From Eledone cirrhosa (Eukaryota), in contig OZ024756.1 of NCBI GenBank assembly GCA_964016885.1, positions 38,874,001 to 38,938,000 on the forward strand: a stretch of 64,000 bases of DNA, read 5' to 3'. Of the stretch, positions 27,992 to 40,890 are shown piece after piece; position 1 is the stretch's first letter, and each line of letters starts with the position of its first letter. The notes under the pieces are model-generated. The model saw only the letters and a program-made list of their open reading frames with translations. It made no database searches and had not been told where the DNA came from. The position numbers were made by a program, and so were the translations under genes.

Positions 27992-28429
27992 TCACCGATT
28001 TTATATAATGAAAGCTATACCCATTTTCACAAGAGAAAACGTCTCCCCGTCTAAGATGCCTGCTTGCTATATTAGAAATTTGATGCTTAAAAGTTAAATT
28101 GATCGGGTTTCTTTAAACTTTAGCCTGTCGTGTAGGTTCATATCACTACATTCGCCACCATAATGCCTGAGTGTATATAGAATCAAATTATCGTTTCATG
28201 GACTGGAGGTTAATAATTCTTCCATGCGGATAATTCTGTCTTTACATGATTAGGTTCATCTAACTGAGGAGGAACAGGTGCAAACAGCACAGAGAATCGC
28301 AAGATAATATCAGTCTGTCTATCTTTTTTAGGGATCTATTGTATGTCATATATTTAACGCTAAATATGCCAGATTTAAACTCCGATACAGGAGCATTTTC
28401 TGGTTCTTGAAAACGTAAGCATGCAATGG

Positions 28430-28818
28430 CAGGCCTGTAAACCCTCTCCGTCAGACGGGGAGATTTCCCACCTACTTTAGGGTGGGTGAGAGATGTCTTC
28501 TCTTGTGAGAATGGGTATAGCTTTCATTATGTAAAATCTCCCCATTTTAGAGCACTTTTTTTCATGGTACTCCCCGTTTCAGTTTTTAGAGGCTGGCGGG
28601 TTTGCATACACATACACACACACCAGGCCTATCAACTCTCCCCGTCCGACTGCGAGATCTCCTACCCACTTTGGGGTGGGTGAGAGATGTCTTCTCTTGT
28701 GAAAATGGGTATAGCTTTCATTATGTAAGATCTCCCCATTTTGCCTCAAATCTCCTCATTTTGGGGCACTTTTTTTCATGGTACTCCTCGTTTGGGTCTT
28801 TAGAGGTTGGCAGCTCTG
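28430..28818 (+). mobile_element. Two tandem copies of a ~195-bp MITE (TIR caggcctgtcaac / gttggcaggtctg)
   Basis: Family also at 17425-17620, 25410-25751 and 27505-27810(-). Confidence 0.7.
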
Positions 28819-28981
28819 CAATGGTGGTGTGGGATATTTTCATTTGGAAGTATTATTATAAGAAAAAAATCGCTTGCTTCTTCATAATCCTTTATATCTT
28901 GTGTTGTGTTGTGTTTGTTAATGTATATAACAATTCCCCAAACTAACCTTCATTTAATATATTTCCTTGTTATTTCTGCAG

Positions 28982-29130
28982 TCTGTCGTATTTACATTAA
29001 TACCAAAGCTAATGACGGTATAATTTCCGAAGAAGATATTCCTGCTTCAGTTAAAAGTATTATTAAACGATCAGGATCGAAATCTCCAGTGGATTGTACA
29101 TGGGAAATACGAGTTCCTCCTGATAGTAAT
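28982..29130 (+). CDS. Neto: Neto-like gene, exon: N-terminal half of CUB2
   Basis: Acceptor tatttctgcag, donor gtaagg; 149 nt, phase 1 to 0; VCRIYINTKANDGIISEEDIP...SPVDCTWEIRVPPDSN (CUB DCxWxI motif). Confidence 0.88.
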
Positions 29131-29634
29131 GTAAGGAACTTTGTGGTGTTTTTTCTAATATTTATTTTTGTCTTTCTATTTTAAATACTATGTTGTTTAT
29201 TTACTTCATTGACAAAATAAACGGGCAAAACCAGCCAGCAGGAGACCCAGGGGTAGACCCACCCCGAGCAAGTTGGTTGGATAACATACATAAGCTTGGC
29301 TGGCCTCGCTTGGGAGATCTAGCCGGATCAGTTGGAGACGGTTGCTTCTGACAGGACCCGCTGGAAGGAGTGTTTGAGGACTCTGTCCCCTCGACCATCT
29401 CAGGAATAAATGGACGAAGAGATGGTTGCTTCTGAAAAGACCCGCTGGTGGGAGGACTTTGCCCGTCACGACCCTCTCAGGAATAAGTGGTCCAAGAAGA
29501 AGTATTGGTCTTGAAAACAACATAATGACAGTGATCGAATGTGAATTGTGATTGGTTCAATCAACTTCAACTATATGGCTGTACTATATTACTATATCCC
29601 CTGAAAGTTGTGTGTGCATGTGTGCAACTAAATA

Positions 29635-29785
29635 CAGGTAAAATTCCGTTATAACGAATACCATTATAACGAATTTTTTTCTATCCACGGCCAGACGAAA
29701 TTTTCGTTATACAGAATACAGAAATTTTCGTTACAACGAATCTTTTTCCATACTCCGTGAATTTCGTTATAACGGAATTTTACTG
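29635..29785. mobile_element. Tigger/pogo-like MITE
   Basis: TIRs cag(g)taaaattccgttataacgaa / ttcgttataacggaattttactg flanked by TA. Confidence 0.75.
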
Positions 29786-29885
29786 TATCACAAACAGATA
29801 TTGAAAAAGTTGTACATATATTCATATATTCAACAAAGAAACATACTATATAAATATATATATAAATATATTTGATATTCTCCAG

Positions 29886-30117
29886 ATACGGCTGACTCCA
29901 GTATCAGTAGATCTTACAAAATCTGGAGAATGTGATATCAACTACATAAGTTTCTACATGTCAACAACCATTGATGAGGCATTGTCTGCGAAATATTGTC
30001 ACAGTAGAAAAGTGACATCGATATCTTCCGATAGAAATCGTATTTTCCTCAGAGTTTTCAGTAAGACTATATATGTGATACCAAAATTTAAATTTTTATA
30101 CACAGTTTTTAGAAAAG
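29886..30117 (+). CDS. Neto: Neto-like gene, exon: C-terminal half of CUB2
   Basis: Acceptor tattctccag, donor gtaagc; 232 nt, phase 0 to 1; IRLTPVSVDLTKSGECDINYISFYMSTTIDEALSAKYCHS...NRIFLRVFS...FKFLYTVFRK. Confidence 0.87.
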
Positions 30118-30493
30118 GTAAGCATATTCATTTTTTTTTTTCGTTTATTTTGATATTTTCTCACTTTGCAATATTTCTTCAATGGAATACTGACCATATT
30201 TCTATTTTATTGACAGGATATTCCGCTAAATTATATTTTACAGCGTTCAAATATTTAAATTATAATTTAAAAACCATCTTCATTCATAACATATTTAGTG
30301 TTATATAAATGTGGTCAGTTGTCAGCCATAACAGAAATATTCTATAACTAAAGGCTTCCTAGTCATGACTACCCCATCTAGTGTGTGTTCTGTCATTTTA
30401 TAGTCGATTTGAGGGTCACTTTGCTGCTATTTTTAGCAAGTAACGAGATAGAAGTTCTTTCAAAGCAATTAGTGTGTTATTTCACACAGGTTT

Positions 30494-30790
30494 GCGGTCG
30501 AGCCCGTAGCAGTGGAGATTTCTGGTGTCCTTGACCCTAGGATCACATCCCTACTCACCACCATCGGCACAGAGTTGGCCACCCGTAGGTGTGAGCCTCA
30601 CAAGATGGAATGGCTCTTTTAGCACGTCTCCCTCACCATCCTCCTGGGAAACGCCTTCTCTGTTCTGTCCACCGGGGCGACCAGCGCCTGGGCCCCCATT
30701 TGCTCATAATATTGAGAAATGGGGAGAACAGGAGAGAGGGAGGCAGTGACAGTGGGAGTTTGGTTCCTTTGTGTTCAGACCTGGTGTATA
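30494..30790 (+). mobile_element. CRE-like retrotransposon 3' end joined to (TA)n
   Basis: VEPVAVEISGVLDPRITSLLTTIG...MEWLF*HVSLTILLGNAFSVL, then a short 3' UTR ending gacagtgggagtttggttcctttgtgttcagacctggtg followed by (TA)n. Confidence 0.72.
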
Positions 30791-30810
30791 TATATCTATA
30801 TATATATTTA

Positions 30811-30986
30811 ATATAGAAAAGGCTTCTACAGGACTAGAACTGTTTCATTCGGGAGAAATCATCAGGAAGCCGAATGAAACAGTTCTAGTCCTGTAGAAGC
30901 CTTTTCTATATAAAATATTTATACTCTGCTTTGTATTGAGTACCTTACTTACTGTGGTTACCCCCGATTGATCCCGGGATCAACTT

Positions 30987-30990
<4 letters not shown>
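30811..30990. mobile_element. Fold-back copy of the same Penelope-like module
   Basis: Inverted arms 30811-30852 and 30870-30911 with the reverse-complement core TCATCAG in the spacer; flanked by (TA)n. Confidence 0.6.
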
Positions 30991-31025
<35 letters not shown>

Positions 31026-32263
31026 TTTTCTCCTCTTGTTCCGTTCAAACCACCATCCTAAACCTTGTTTTTAGTAACCACACAGCTCCTTTCGTTTCTT
31101 ATCATTATATATATATATATGAAAAGAGTCAGGACCCCGACGGCTGAGCTCCAGCCATTTCGACAGCTAGATCCGAACTAACCCAGCAGTATATATATAT
31201 TTATTTACCTTAAAAGTTATGGATCGATCAAAGATCAACATATTTTTATACTAATAACTGTGACATTTCACAGAACACCACCAGACAATTATGGGTTCAT
31301 CAACCAGCTTACCTTTTGGACTTTGTGTATGTGTCTCACGGGCACACTCATGTGTGTCTGTGACCCTAACCATTACACCTTTACAGTCAGATCTGCCCTT
31401 CTTTACCCCTTCCCATCATAGCAATATATTTAGCTGAAGCGCCGTTTAACGGATTAAAGTCTATAATGGGACGTCAGTTTCCAATAAATTCGAATCTCTG
31501 TGACTGGCATAATTGCGCCATGTTTCACTATGAAATATCGTCTGCTTCAACCGTTGTCATGGCGTTGGTCGTTGTCGTAAAAAAAGAATGTCTGAAATAT
31601 CAATAATCCCCACCAACAGTTCATTAGTTATTCATTGCTAGCCATGGACATCTTGTTTAAACGATGTAAATCTGGGTTTGATAGCATCTCAGCAGTGGCA
31701 GGAACAGCAGCTGTGGTATGGTGGTGGTAGTACTAGTAGTAGTAGTAGTGGTGGTGGTGGTGGTGGTGGTACTAGTAGTAGTGGTGGTGGTGGTGGTGGT
31801 GGTACTAGTAGTAGTGGTGGTGGTGGTGGTGGTAGTAGTGGTGGTGGTGGTGGTGGTGGTGGTGGTGGTGGTGGTGGTGGTAGCAGCAATATTAGCACTT
31901 TACGTTCTGAGTTCAAATCCCGCCGAGGTTCACTTTGCCTTTCATCCTTACGGGGTCGATAAAATAAAGTACCAGTCACACACTGGGGTCTATTTAATCG
32001 ACTTTCTCCTGCCTCAAAATCGCTGGCCTGGTGCCTAATCAGAAATTATTGGTGGATTGGCAGTGTCGGTAGAGGGTCAGACAACATGCTTTCCAGCATA
32101 AAGTTACGTCCCTTTACGGTCTGAGTTCAAATCCAGCCGAGGTTTGCCTTTCATCTTTACGGGGTCGATAAAATAAAGTACCAGTAATGTACTGGGGTAA
32201 TTGCTGGCCTTGTGCCAAAAGTAGAAACAATTATTGTTATTATTAGTAGTAGTGGTGGTGGTG

Positions 32264-32325
<62 letters not shown>

Positions 32326-32363
32326 CCGCACTACAAGCTTATAATTGTCTTGTCTCTATTCAG

Positions 32364-32483
32364 GTGAATGTTCCGATAATGAATTCTCTTGCGACGATCA
32401 TTGTCTTCACAAATCTCTTCAGTGTAATGAAAACATCAACTGTGAGGACTCATCAGACGAAAGTAGCTGTAATTCCCAAGCAG
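32364..32483 (+). CDS. Neto: Neto-like gene, LDL-receptor class A exon
   Basis: Acceptor tctctattcag, donor gtaagt; 120 nt, phase 1 to 1; [36 protein letters not shown], six Cys and the acidic SDE motif of LDLa. Confidence 0.93.
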
Positions 32484-32514
32484 GTAAGTCTCTCTCTATC
32501 TCTCTTACATACAT

Positions 32515-32598
<84 letters not shown>

Positions 32599-33074
32599 GT
32601 ATGTATATATATATATATGTATGTATATATATATATATGTATGTATATGTATATATATGTATATATATATATATGTGTATGTATATGTATATATATGTAT
32701 GTATATGTATATATATGTATATATATGTATGTATATATATATGTATGTATATATATATATATGTATGTATATGTATATATATGTATATATATATATATGT
32801 GTATGTATATGTATATATATGTATGTATATGTATATATATGTATATATATGTATGTATATATATATGTATGTATATATATATATATATACACACTTACAC
32901 CTCTCCAAGACAATGTCACTGGACCGAGATCTTTGGCGCTACACAGTAATAGAGAAGACCCGCCTTACCTAAGTACAAAGTAAAACCTACTACAGTCAGT
33001 AGGCACCTCTAACAAAATACACCCCCGTCCCACTATCCCCACCCCATCCACACCACCCCTTTCAATGTAAAGTT

Positions 33075-33332
33075 ATGTTGGTACCACAACATCCAGCCCG
33101 AAACAAATGAGGTCGTGTAGGTGTCACGACAAAAAACATACAGTCCACGCTGTAATGTGGCCGTGTAGGCAACACGGTAAAAACCTCCCAGTCCACACTG
33201 TAAATGTGGTTGGTGTTAGGAAGGGCATCCAGCCGTAGAAAACCCGCCAGACAGTCCGATGCGAGCAAGACAAAACTCCCGTCCAAACCCATGCAAGCGT
33301 GGAAGATGGACGTTAAACGATGATGATGATGA
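33075..33332 (+). mobile_element. Retroposon 3' end with (GAT)n tail (RTE-type tail)
   Basis: ggtgttaggaagggcatccagccgtag...ggacgttaaacgatgatgat; copies at 41840-42115(+), 24196-24380(-) and ~58336-58400(-). Confidence 0.6.
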
Positions 33333-33370
33333 TATGTGTGTATGTATATATATATATATATGTATATATA

Positions 33371-33430
<60 letters not shown>

Positions 33431-33434
33431 TATG

Positions 33435-33486
<52 letters not shown>

Positions 33487-33526
33487 TATACATATATATG
33501 TATATACATATATATATATATACATA

Positions 33527-33648
<122 letters not shown>

Positions 33649-33846
33649 TATGTATGTATATATACACATATATATACATATGTATATATATATATATATA
33701 TATGCCACACATATCGGACGTTGATTTTCGTTAATTCCTGAGCTGAAAACGATTCTAGCTAATTTATATTTGTATATATATATATATATATATATACATA
33801 TATATGTATGTATATATACACATATATATATATATATACATATATA

Positions 33847-33878
<32 letters not shown>

Positions 33879-33929
33879 CATATATATGTATATATATATA
33901 TATATATACATATATATGTATGTATATAT

Positions 33930-33997
<68 letters not shown>

Positions 33998-34202
33998 CGA
34001 AGACCAATGGACACATTGTTTCCTTTGTCCGATTTGATGAGTTCCAGCTACTCAGTAATCGAATGTCAGTTGTGCAGTAATTACGAAATATTGTTATCAA
34101 TGTTTCTATATTTAGAAATTGTCTCACTTCTACATGGTTTAGTTTTCACGCGTGTTTCATCATTCTCCTTTCTGTTTTTTTTTTCTTTTTTTTCACTTTT
34201 AG

Positions 34203-34939
34203 GTTTAAATATTCCACACCATGCCATAGTTCTTGGTGCCATCGGCCTCCTAATTCTCTTGATAGTTCTAATATCGGTCTGTTATACAATGAAACGCAAG
34301 AAGAGAGAACAGAAGAAGGAGATGGAGATGTTGAAGAAACACGCAAAACAATTAGAAGCAGCAGCAGCAGCAGCAGCTATGGCTAATTCTGGACCCACAT
34401 CTAGTCCAGCTAGAAGTGCCGTGTCTCATTCACCTGGACTTCGACTAAATAATGCTTCACCAAATTCTTATGTAAGTCTTCCGCGAAGGAATGAGGAACT
34501 TGAATTTTCTAATGAGCCAGCAAACAGAAGCAGTTTTACAAGTAACATGCCAGTATTTATTGATAACGAACACCTGACAACTGAGAATCTTATGGATATA
34601 CCTTACTTCAAAAAATATTTCCCCCCTGACAGTTGCCACGATGAAGATATAAGTCCTTGCTCAACATTGATTAGTGGACAGCCAGCTACAGTTTTTATTG
34701 AGAGACATCAGCCTCCCCCATCTAACCCCAGTCGAGATGGTTCCAATTATTGGAAACCACAACCTACGACGAAATTGGAACAAACAGTTCCACCATTTTA
34801 CAGCAGTGTTAACAAAACTATTCCATATAAAGGTTCCCTTTCACCAAATACAGTTTTGAAAGACCCATTGAGTTCTAAACCTTTACCAATATTCAATTCC
34901 TCAGATATAGAATTTGAAAACGATATTAGTTCCATGTAA
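34203..34939 (+). CDS. Neto: Neto-like gene, terminal coding exon: transmembrane helix and cytoplasmic tail
   Basis: Long polypyrimidine tract plus ag at 34201-34202; phase 1; hydrophobic [21 protein letters not shown], basic stop-transfer KRKKREQKK, Ser/Pro-rich tail ending ENDISSM, TAA at 34937-34939. Confidence 0.9.
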
Positions 34940-35340
34940 AATTTTAATACAGTTATTATAATAATGGTGCCTTTACCCATGGAATTTAGAAAAATAAAAT
35001 TTACTGAAATATAAACAAAATATAGAAGAATAAACACATAAGAATAACATCGAAACTCTTTAAGAAATGTTTGAAGAATTGGTTCTTTGACACAAATGAT
35101 GAAATATTACAAGGATTGTGTTCTTGTTTTATTTTTACGTTGATATTCCATATAAAATACGGTGGGGTTTTTTAATAAAGAAGCTTTCGATTGACTTTAT
35201 GTCTCGAATGTTTCTGGAATCTACCAGACTCTGGAAATTGAACCACGAAGTCTTTATTCTATTAAGCTGTCAGACATGTTTAATATTTCCTTTCTTTCTA
35301 TCAATCTTCATCCTTTTTGGAATTTGAATTCCAATAAATC
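34940..35340 (+). other. Neto 3' UTR with candidate AATAAA signals (34993, 35029, 35333)
   Basis: Non-repetitive AT-rich sequence after the stop; AATAAA is common here, so the true end is unknown. Confidence 0.35.
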
Positions 35341-36289
35341 ATTTATCTCCTTTTATTTACTTCATTTTTAATACATCTACAAAGTATGGGGACAATTAGA
35401 CATTAAATTATATACGAAACTAAATCAATTCTACTACAACTGCCAACAACTACCAGGATTATGAGATGTTCATACTGTGTATGTTAAAAGTTAAAAGTTT
35501 GAATCTCATTTGATATTTTCTGAACTTTTTTCTCTGTTTATATTTTCTTTATTATTTCCTTCAGTATTTCACATTTCTCCTTATCATATTTCTGGGAATT
35601 GTGTTTCATTTTATCTCGTCGTCAGCCAACGTTTCGTAATTTGTAACAAAATAATTGGAAAGCAGCATCGTATTTATTTATAACATATGTCTTTGTTATT
35701 TTGAATGTTTGTTTTGTAACGGAAAATCTTGAAATTATAGCTATTACGTCCTATTTATAAAACAACAAAAGAAAACTTTTAAAATGAGGAAACAAGAAAA
35801 ATGATCAAAAGACAAGAGGAATATTATAAAACATTGATTATTTTTACAGACAAAAGAAATCTGAGCGGCGCCATTTTGGGTGAAAATACTCTTCATGCAA
35901 AGGTTTTGGAAATTTCTGTTGACCTATTTGGCGAGAATTTAAAGCTATTCTGATGACATAAGACTTATATCTGACTTGTGCATGGAATATATACATATAT
36001 ACACAATAACATGTGTTTGATACACTTATTTCTTCATAAATATTTTGTTTATATACACATGTGTTTGATATACACATTTCTACATACATCTTTCGTCTAT
36101 ACACAGCAACATGTGTCTCATACACTTTCTTCTTCATACAGTTTTCCTCTATATACACCAACAACATGTTTCTGCACGTACATACATCGAGTAATCTACC
36201 CGAATAAATTTAATGATTGCATTTTTTAAATATTCATATATTGGTACATTAATGATTATGTGTGATTGTGTCCGTGTGAATGTGTGTGA

Positions 36290-36382
<93 letters not shown>

Positions 36383-36801
36383 TATATACGTGTATTGCTA
36401 AACGTGCATCAAAATATGTATTGTAATTTACATCACTGCCCATATACACATGTACATATGTATTTTCATATATATATATATAGTGAAAGAGTGAAGAATA
36501 CTATAAATAGTGTTAATACTATAAATAGTGTTAATACTATAAATAGTATTAATACTATAAATAGTGTTAATACTATAAATAGTGTTAATACTATAAATAA
36601 AACCCTTTTTGTACAGCCGACCATGTTATTCTTCACTCTTTCACTATTATTACTCCAAGAATCACCTGCACAGGTATTCTCGTAAACTCGCTACCTAACT
36701 ATGGAAACCTCTTGTAGAGTCAAACAACGCCGTACGTTAAACTATCCACAGTACAGAGTACTCTCAACCTATAACTGGATTACCTTAAACGATACCTTCT
36801 T

Positions 36802-36832
<31 letters not shown>

Positions 36833-36837
<5 letters not shown>

Positions 36838-37050
36838 AAAAAGTATGGCCCCGACGGCAGAGCTCAAGCCGTTTCGACGGCTATTTCTGGACTGAAATAG
36901 CCGTTGAAATAGTCCAGAAATAGCCGTCGAAACGGCTTGAGCTCTGCCGTCAGGGTCATACTTTTTTCCTATTTACCACTCTACTACCTTAAGTATTGAG
37001 TACTCTGGTGCGTTATGGTCCATCTGGTTCCTTACCACAATTCCTTTGTT
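36833..37050. mobile_element. Fold-back (TA)n-embedded module with hammerhead 3' half
   Basis: Inverted arms 36833-36893 and 36911-36972 containing GAAACGGC-TTGAGCTCT-GCCGTC; relatives at ~695-750, 4629-4768, 31121-31190, 39223-39272 and ~56610-56700. Confidence 0.6.
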
Positions 37051-38684
37051 ATATATATATATACACACACACACATCCATAGATGCGACAAGACATTCAG
37101 TTCTCAAAAGTGATTTTATTTGACTAGACAAATGGCTATATACGCTAGGAAAGTTCTATAGACGATTCGTTTTATTTATATTTTTTTGTCATGGAAAGAT
37201 GAAAGATAAACTCCTGGAATATTAATTCTCAAAAAATAAGAAAACAGATTAAAGGAAAATGAATCAATGTTAAACAAATCTACGGTTACCTCCACCGTTA
37301 TTTCCTGACAAAATATATTCTATTGACAAATACATAACAAGTAATGTATTGCATACGGTTTGCTGTTGTGTCTATAATTCTGTTGTAGTGTGTTCCTTTT
37401 AACCAAATACAACGTCTAACTATGTACAAACACTCTAGAGGGGAAATATAATTTATATTTTGTCGACATTGACAGTGAGAAAGAAATATGCACTGACATA
37501 ACAAATATCATGTTTCTTGATCAAACAGTATCAGTAAACTTTACACTCTCATGTTCATACTAATATATATATATATATTTGTAAATACATAGCTAGATAC
37601 ATACACACACATACGTACACACGCATACATACATACATAGATACATACATACATGATGGCTGCCCCTCTCGTTATCGAGTATGGTCATTGCACGATATAC
37701 CATTATTAATAATTATTAATTAATTCTATCGTGCAATGCCTGTGCGGGAAGATTTTTTTTTAAAGTGAGGAAAGATTGTGCACTGAGCCAATCCCACTCT
37801 CTGAGCGACAGTAGCTATAACCCGAAAAGAAAAGATCAACATACATACATACATGCATGCTTGCATACATACGTACATACATACATACGTACGTACATAC
37901 ATACATACATACATACGTACGTACGTACGTACATACATACGTACGTAGTACATACATACATACATACATACGTAAGTACGTACATACATACATACGTACG
38001 TACGTACGTACGTACATACGTACGTACATACATACGTACATACATACATACATACATACGTAGGTACGTACGTACATACATACGTACGTACGTACATACA
38101 TACATACGTACATACGTACGTACATACATACATACATACATACATACATACATACATACATACATACATACATACATACATACATACATACATACATACA
38201 TACATACAGGAATTATGAAGGAATTGAAGACATTTCATATTGAAGACATTACATATGTTTCTACAAATGTAATGCAGAAAATATGGTAAATGGAATCTTT
38301 TTTTTTAAATTACTATTAAACTGCATTAAAGTATATAAGAGTAAGTCTATATACTAAGATGTGGGCATAAAAACGAATAAACCAACTTAACACACAACTT
38401 TACATATCTTTTGTTTCTTTAGAGATATAGCTCACATACGTAAATTGTGGAGAAAGAAATCTTGAGAGAAACACATAAGCATCCCAAGAACATTATGATA
38501 ACAATCTCTGTATATTTATCATGTCTATGATACTACAAATGAGGTGTAAAGATATATCTTAAGATGGTTTATTCATTTTTATGCTTACATCTTAATATAT
38601 GGATTTACGACAATGAAATTTTCCATTTAGCATTTTCTTCACATTTCATTTGTTGAAACACGTGTAAGGTTAATAAAAAAATGT

Positions 38685-38723
<39 letters not shown>

Positions 38724-38938
38724 CACAATACATCTTGTGATTTTGTAACATTAAAAGAATATTTCGAATCCGGCCTTTTGTTGTCTTTTAAATAAATATT
38801 TAACTCCGTCTCTATACCAACCACGAGATACCACATTTACGATGATTTTCAGACGGTGGAGTGCTTTACCTTATTACATCATGATTTAATAACCGGGATG
38901 ACCAGATCTACACTTTGGTAAACAACACAACATAAATT

Positions 38939-39022
<84 letters not shown>

Positions 39023-39271
39023 CGACTTTCGTCAAATCGGACTGAGGAAACAATGTTTCCGTTGGTCTTTCCAATTGCTAATACTATCTATCAGTCGCAA
39101 CTCCAGATAGAAGGAGCAACGTGAAATAAAATGTCTTGCTCAAGGACATAACGCATCGCCCGGTCCAGGAATCGAACTCACAACCTCAAGAATGTGTTTA
39201 TATATATATGTATATAATATATAGCTATCGAAACGGTCGGAGCTCAACCGTCGGGGTCCTGACTCTTTTCC

Positions 39272-39367
<96 letters not shown>

Positions 39368-39643
39368 TATGTATATGTATATATATATATGTATATATAT
39401 ATAAATATATGTATATATTTATATGTATATGTATATATATATATGTATATATATATAAATATATGTATATATTTATATATATATATATATAAATATATGT
39501 ATATATTTATATATATATATATATATATAAATATATGTATATATTTATATATATATATATATATAAATATATATATAAATATATGTATATATTTATATAT
39601 ATATATATATATAAATATATGTATATATATATATAAATATATG

Positions 39644-39677
<34 letters not shown>

Positions 39678-39699
39678 AATATATAAATATATATATAAA

Positions 39700-39749
<50 letters not shown>

Positions 39750-39816
39750 TATGTATATATTTATATATATATATATATAAATATATGTATATATATATAT
39801 AAATATATGTATATAT

Positions 39817-39883
<67 letters not shown>

Positions 39884-39889
39884 AATATT

Positions 39890-39959
<70 letters not shown>

Positions 39960-40332
39960 CGTGCGTATCTAGATAAGGAACAGGTATTTGTTATTTATTT
40001 ACTATTTATTATTCAGTTTAATAGTAAAATATCTGAAATAGACTGCTTCGTGGTGAACTGAACAATAACCAAGATATTTTTTTAGCCCACGATAGAAAAA
40101 GTTATTTCCCCTTAACATTAGTAATTTACGTAGTAACTTCCCTTACATCACTGCTGGCTGTTTTTCTGGAAATTTAATGCTGTTTAGTCGTTTGGTGTGA
40201 TGTATAGCCTGTCACACTCACAAGGAGTTGGGGGTGAGGGGTTAACTCTTAACATACTTAACTAAACATTACTCTCTCTATATATATACTATTATATTTT
40301 CGTGGTAAAGGCTTTTCTATTTGCTAATAATA

Positions 40333-40890
40333 GAGAGATGGGGAGGGTGAGAGTAAGAGAGATGGAGGTGATGACAGTGGAAGTTTGGCTCCTCTGTGTT
40401 CGGACCTGGTGTACGTGTGAGATGGGGAGGGTGAGAGAGATAGAGGTGATGACAGTGGGAGTTTGGCTTCTCTGTGTTCGGACCTGGTGTACGTGTGAGA
40501 TGGGGAGGGCGAGAGAGATAGAGGTGATGACAGTGGGAGTTTGGCTTCTCTGTGTTCGGACCTGGTGTACGTGTGAGATGGGGAGGGCGAGAGAGATGGA
40601 GGTGATGACAGTGGGAGTTTGGCTTCTCTGTGTTCGGACCTGGTGTACGTGTGAGATGGGGAGGGCGAGAGAGATGGAGGTGATGACAGTGGGAGTTTGG
40701 CTCCTCTGTGTTCGGACCTGGTGTACGTGTGAGATGGGGAGGGCGAGAGAGATGGAGGTGATGACAGTGGGAGTTTGGCTTCTCTGTGTTCGGACCTGGT
40801 GTACGTGTGAGATGGGGAGGGCGAGAGAGATGGAGGTGATGACAGTGGGAGTTTGGCTTCTCTGTGTTCGAACCTGGTGTACATGTATGT
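40333..40890 (+). repeat. 78-bp tandem repeat (~7 copies) related to the CRE-like 3' terminus
   Basis: 26-codon periodicity; contains gacagtgggagtttgg...tgtgttcggacctggtgta as at 30748-30790 and 14830-15040. Confidence 0.88.

Noticed and set aside
33770-34202. N-terminal part of the 389-aa ORF
   Set aside because: Intronic (TA)n read-through; the real exon starts at the acceptor before 34203.
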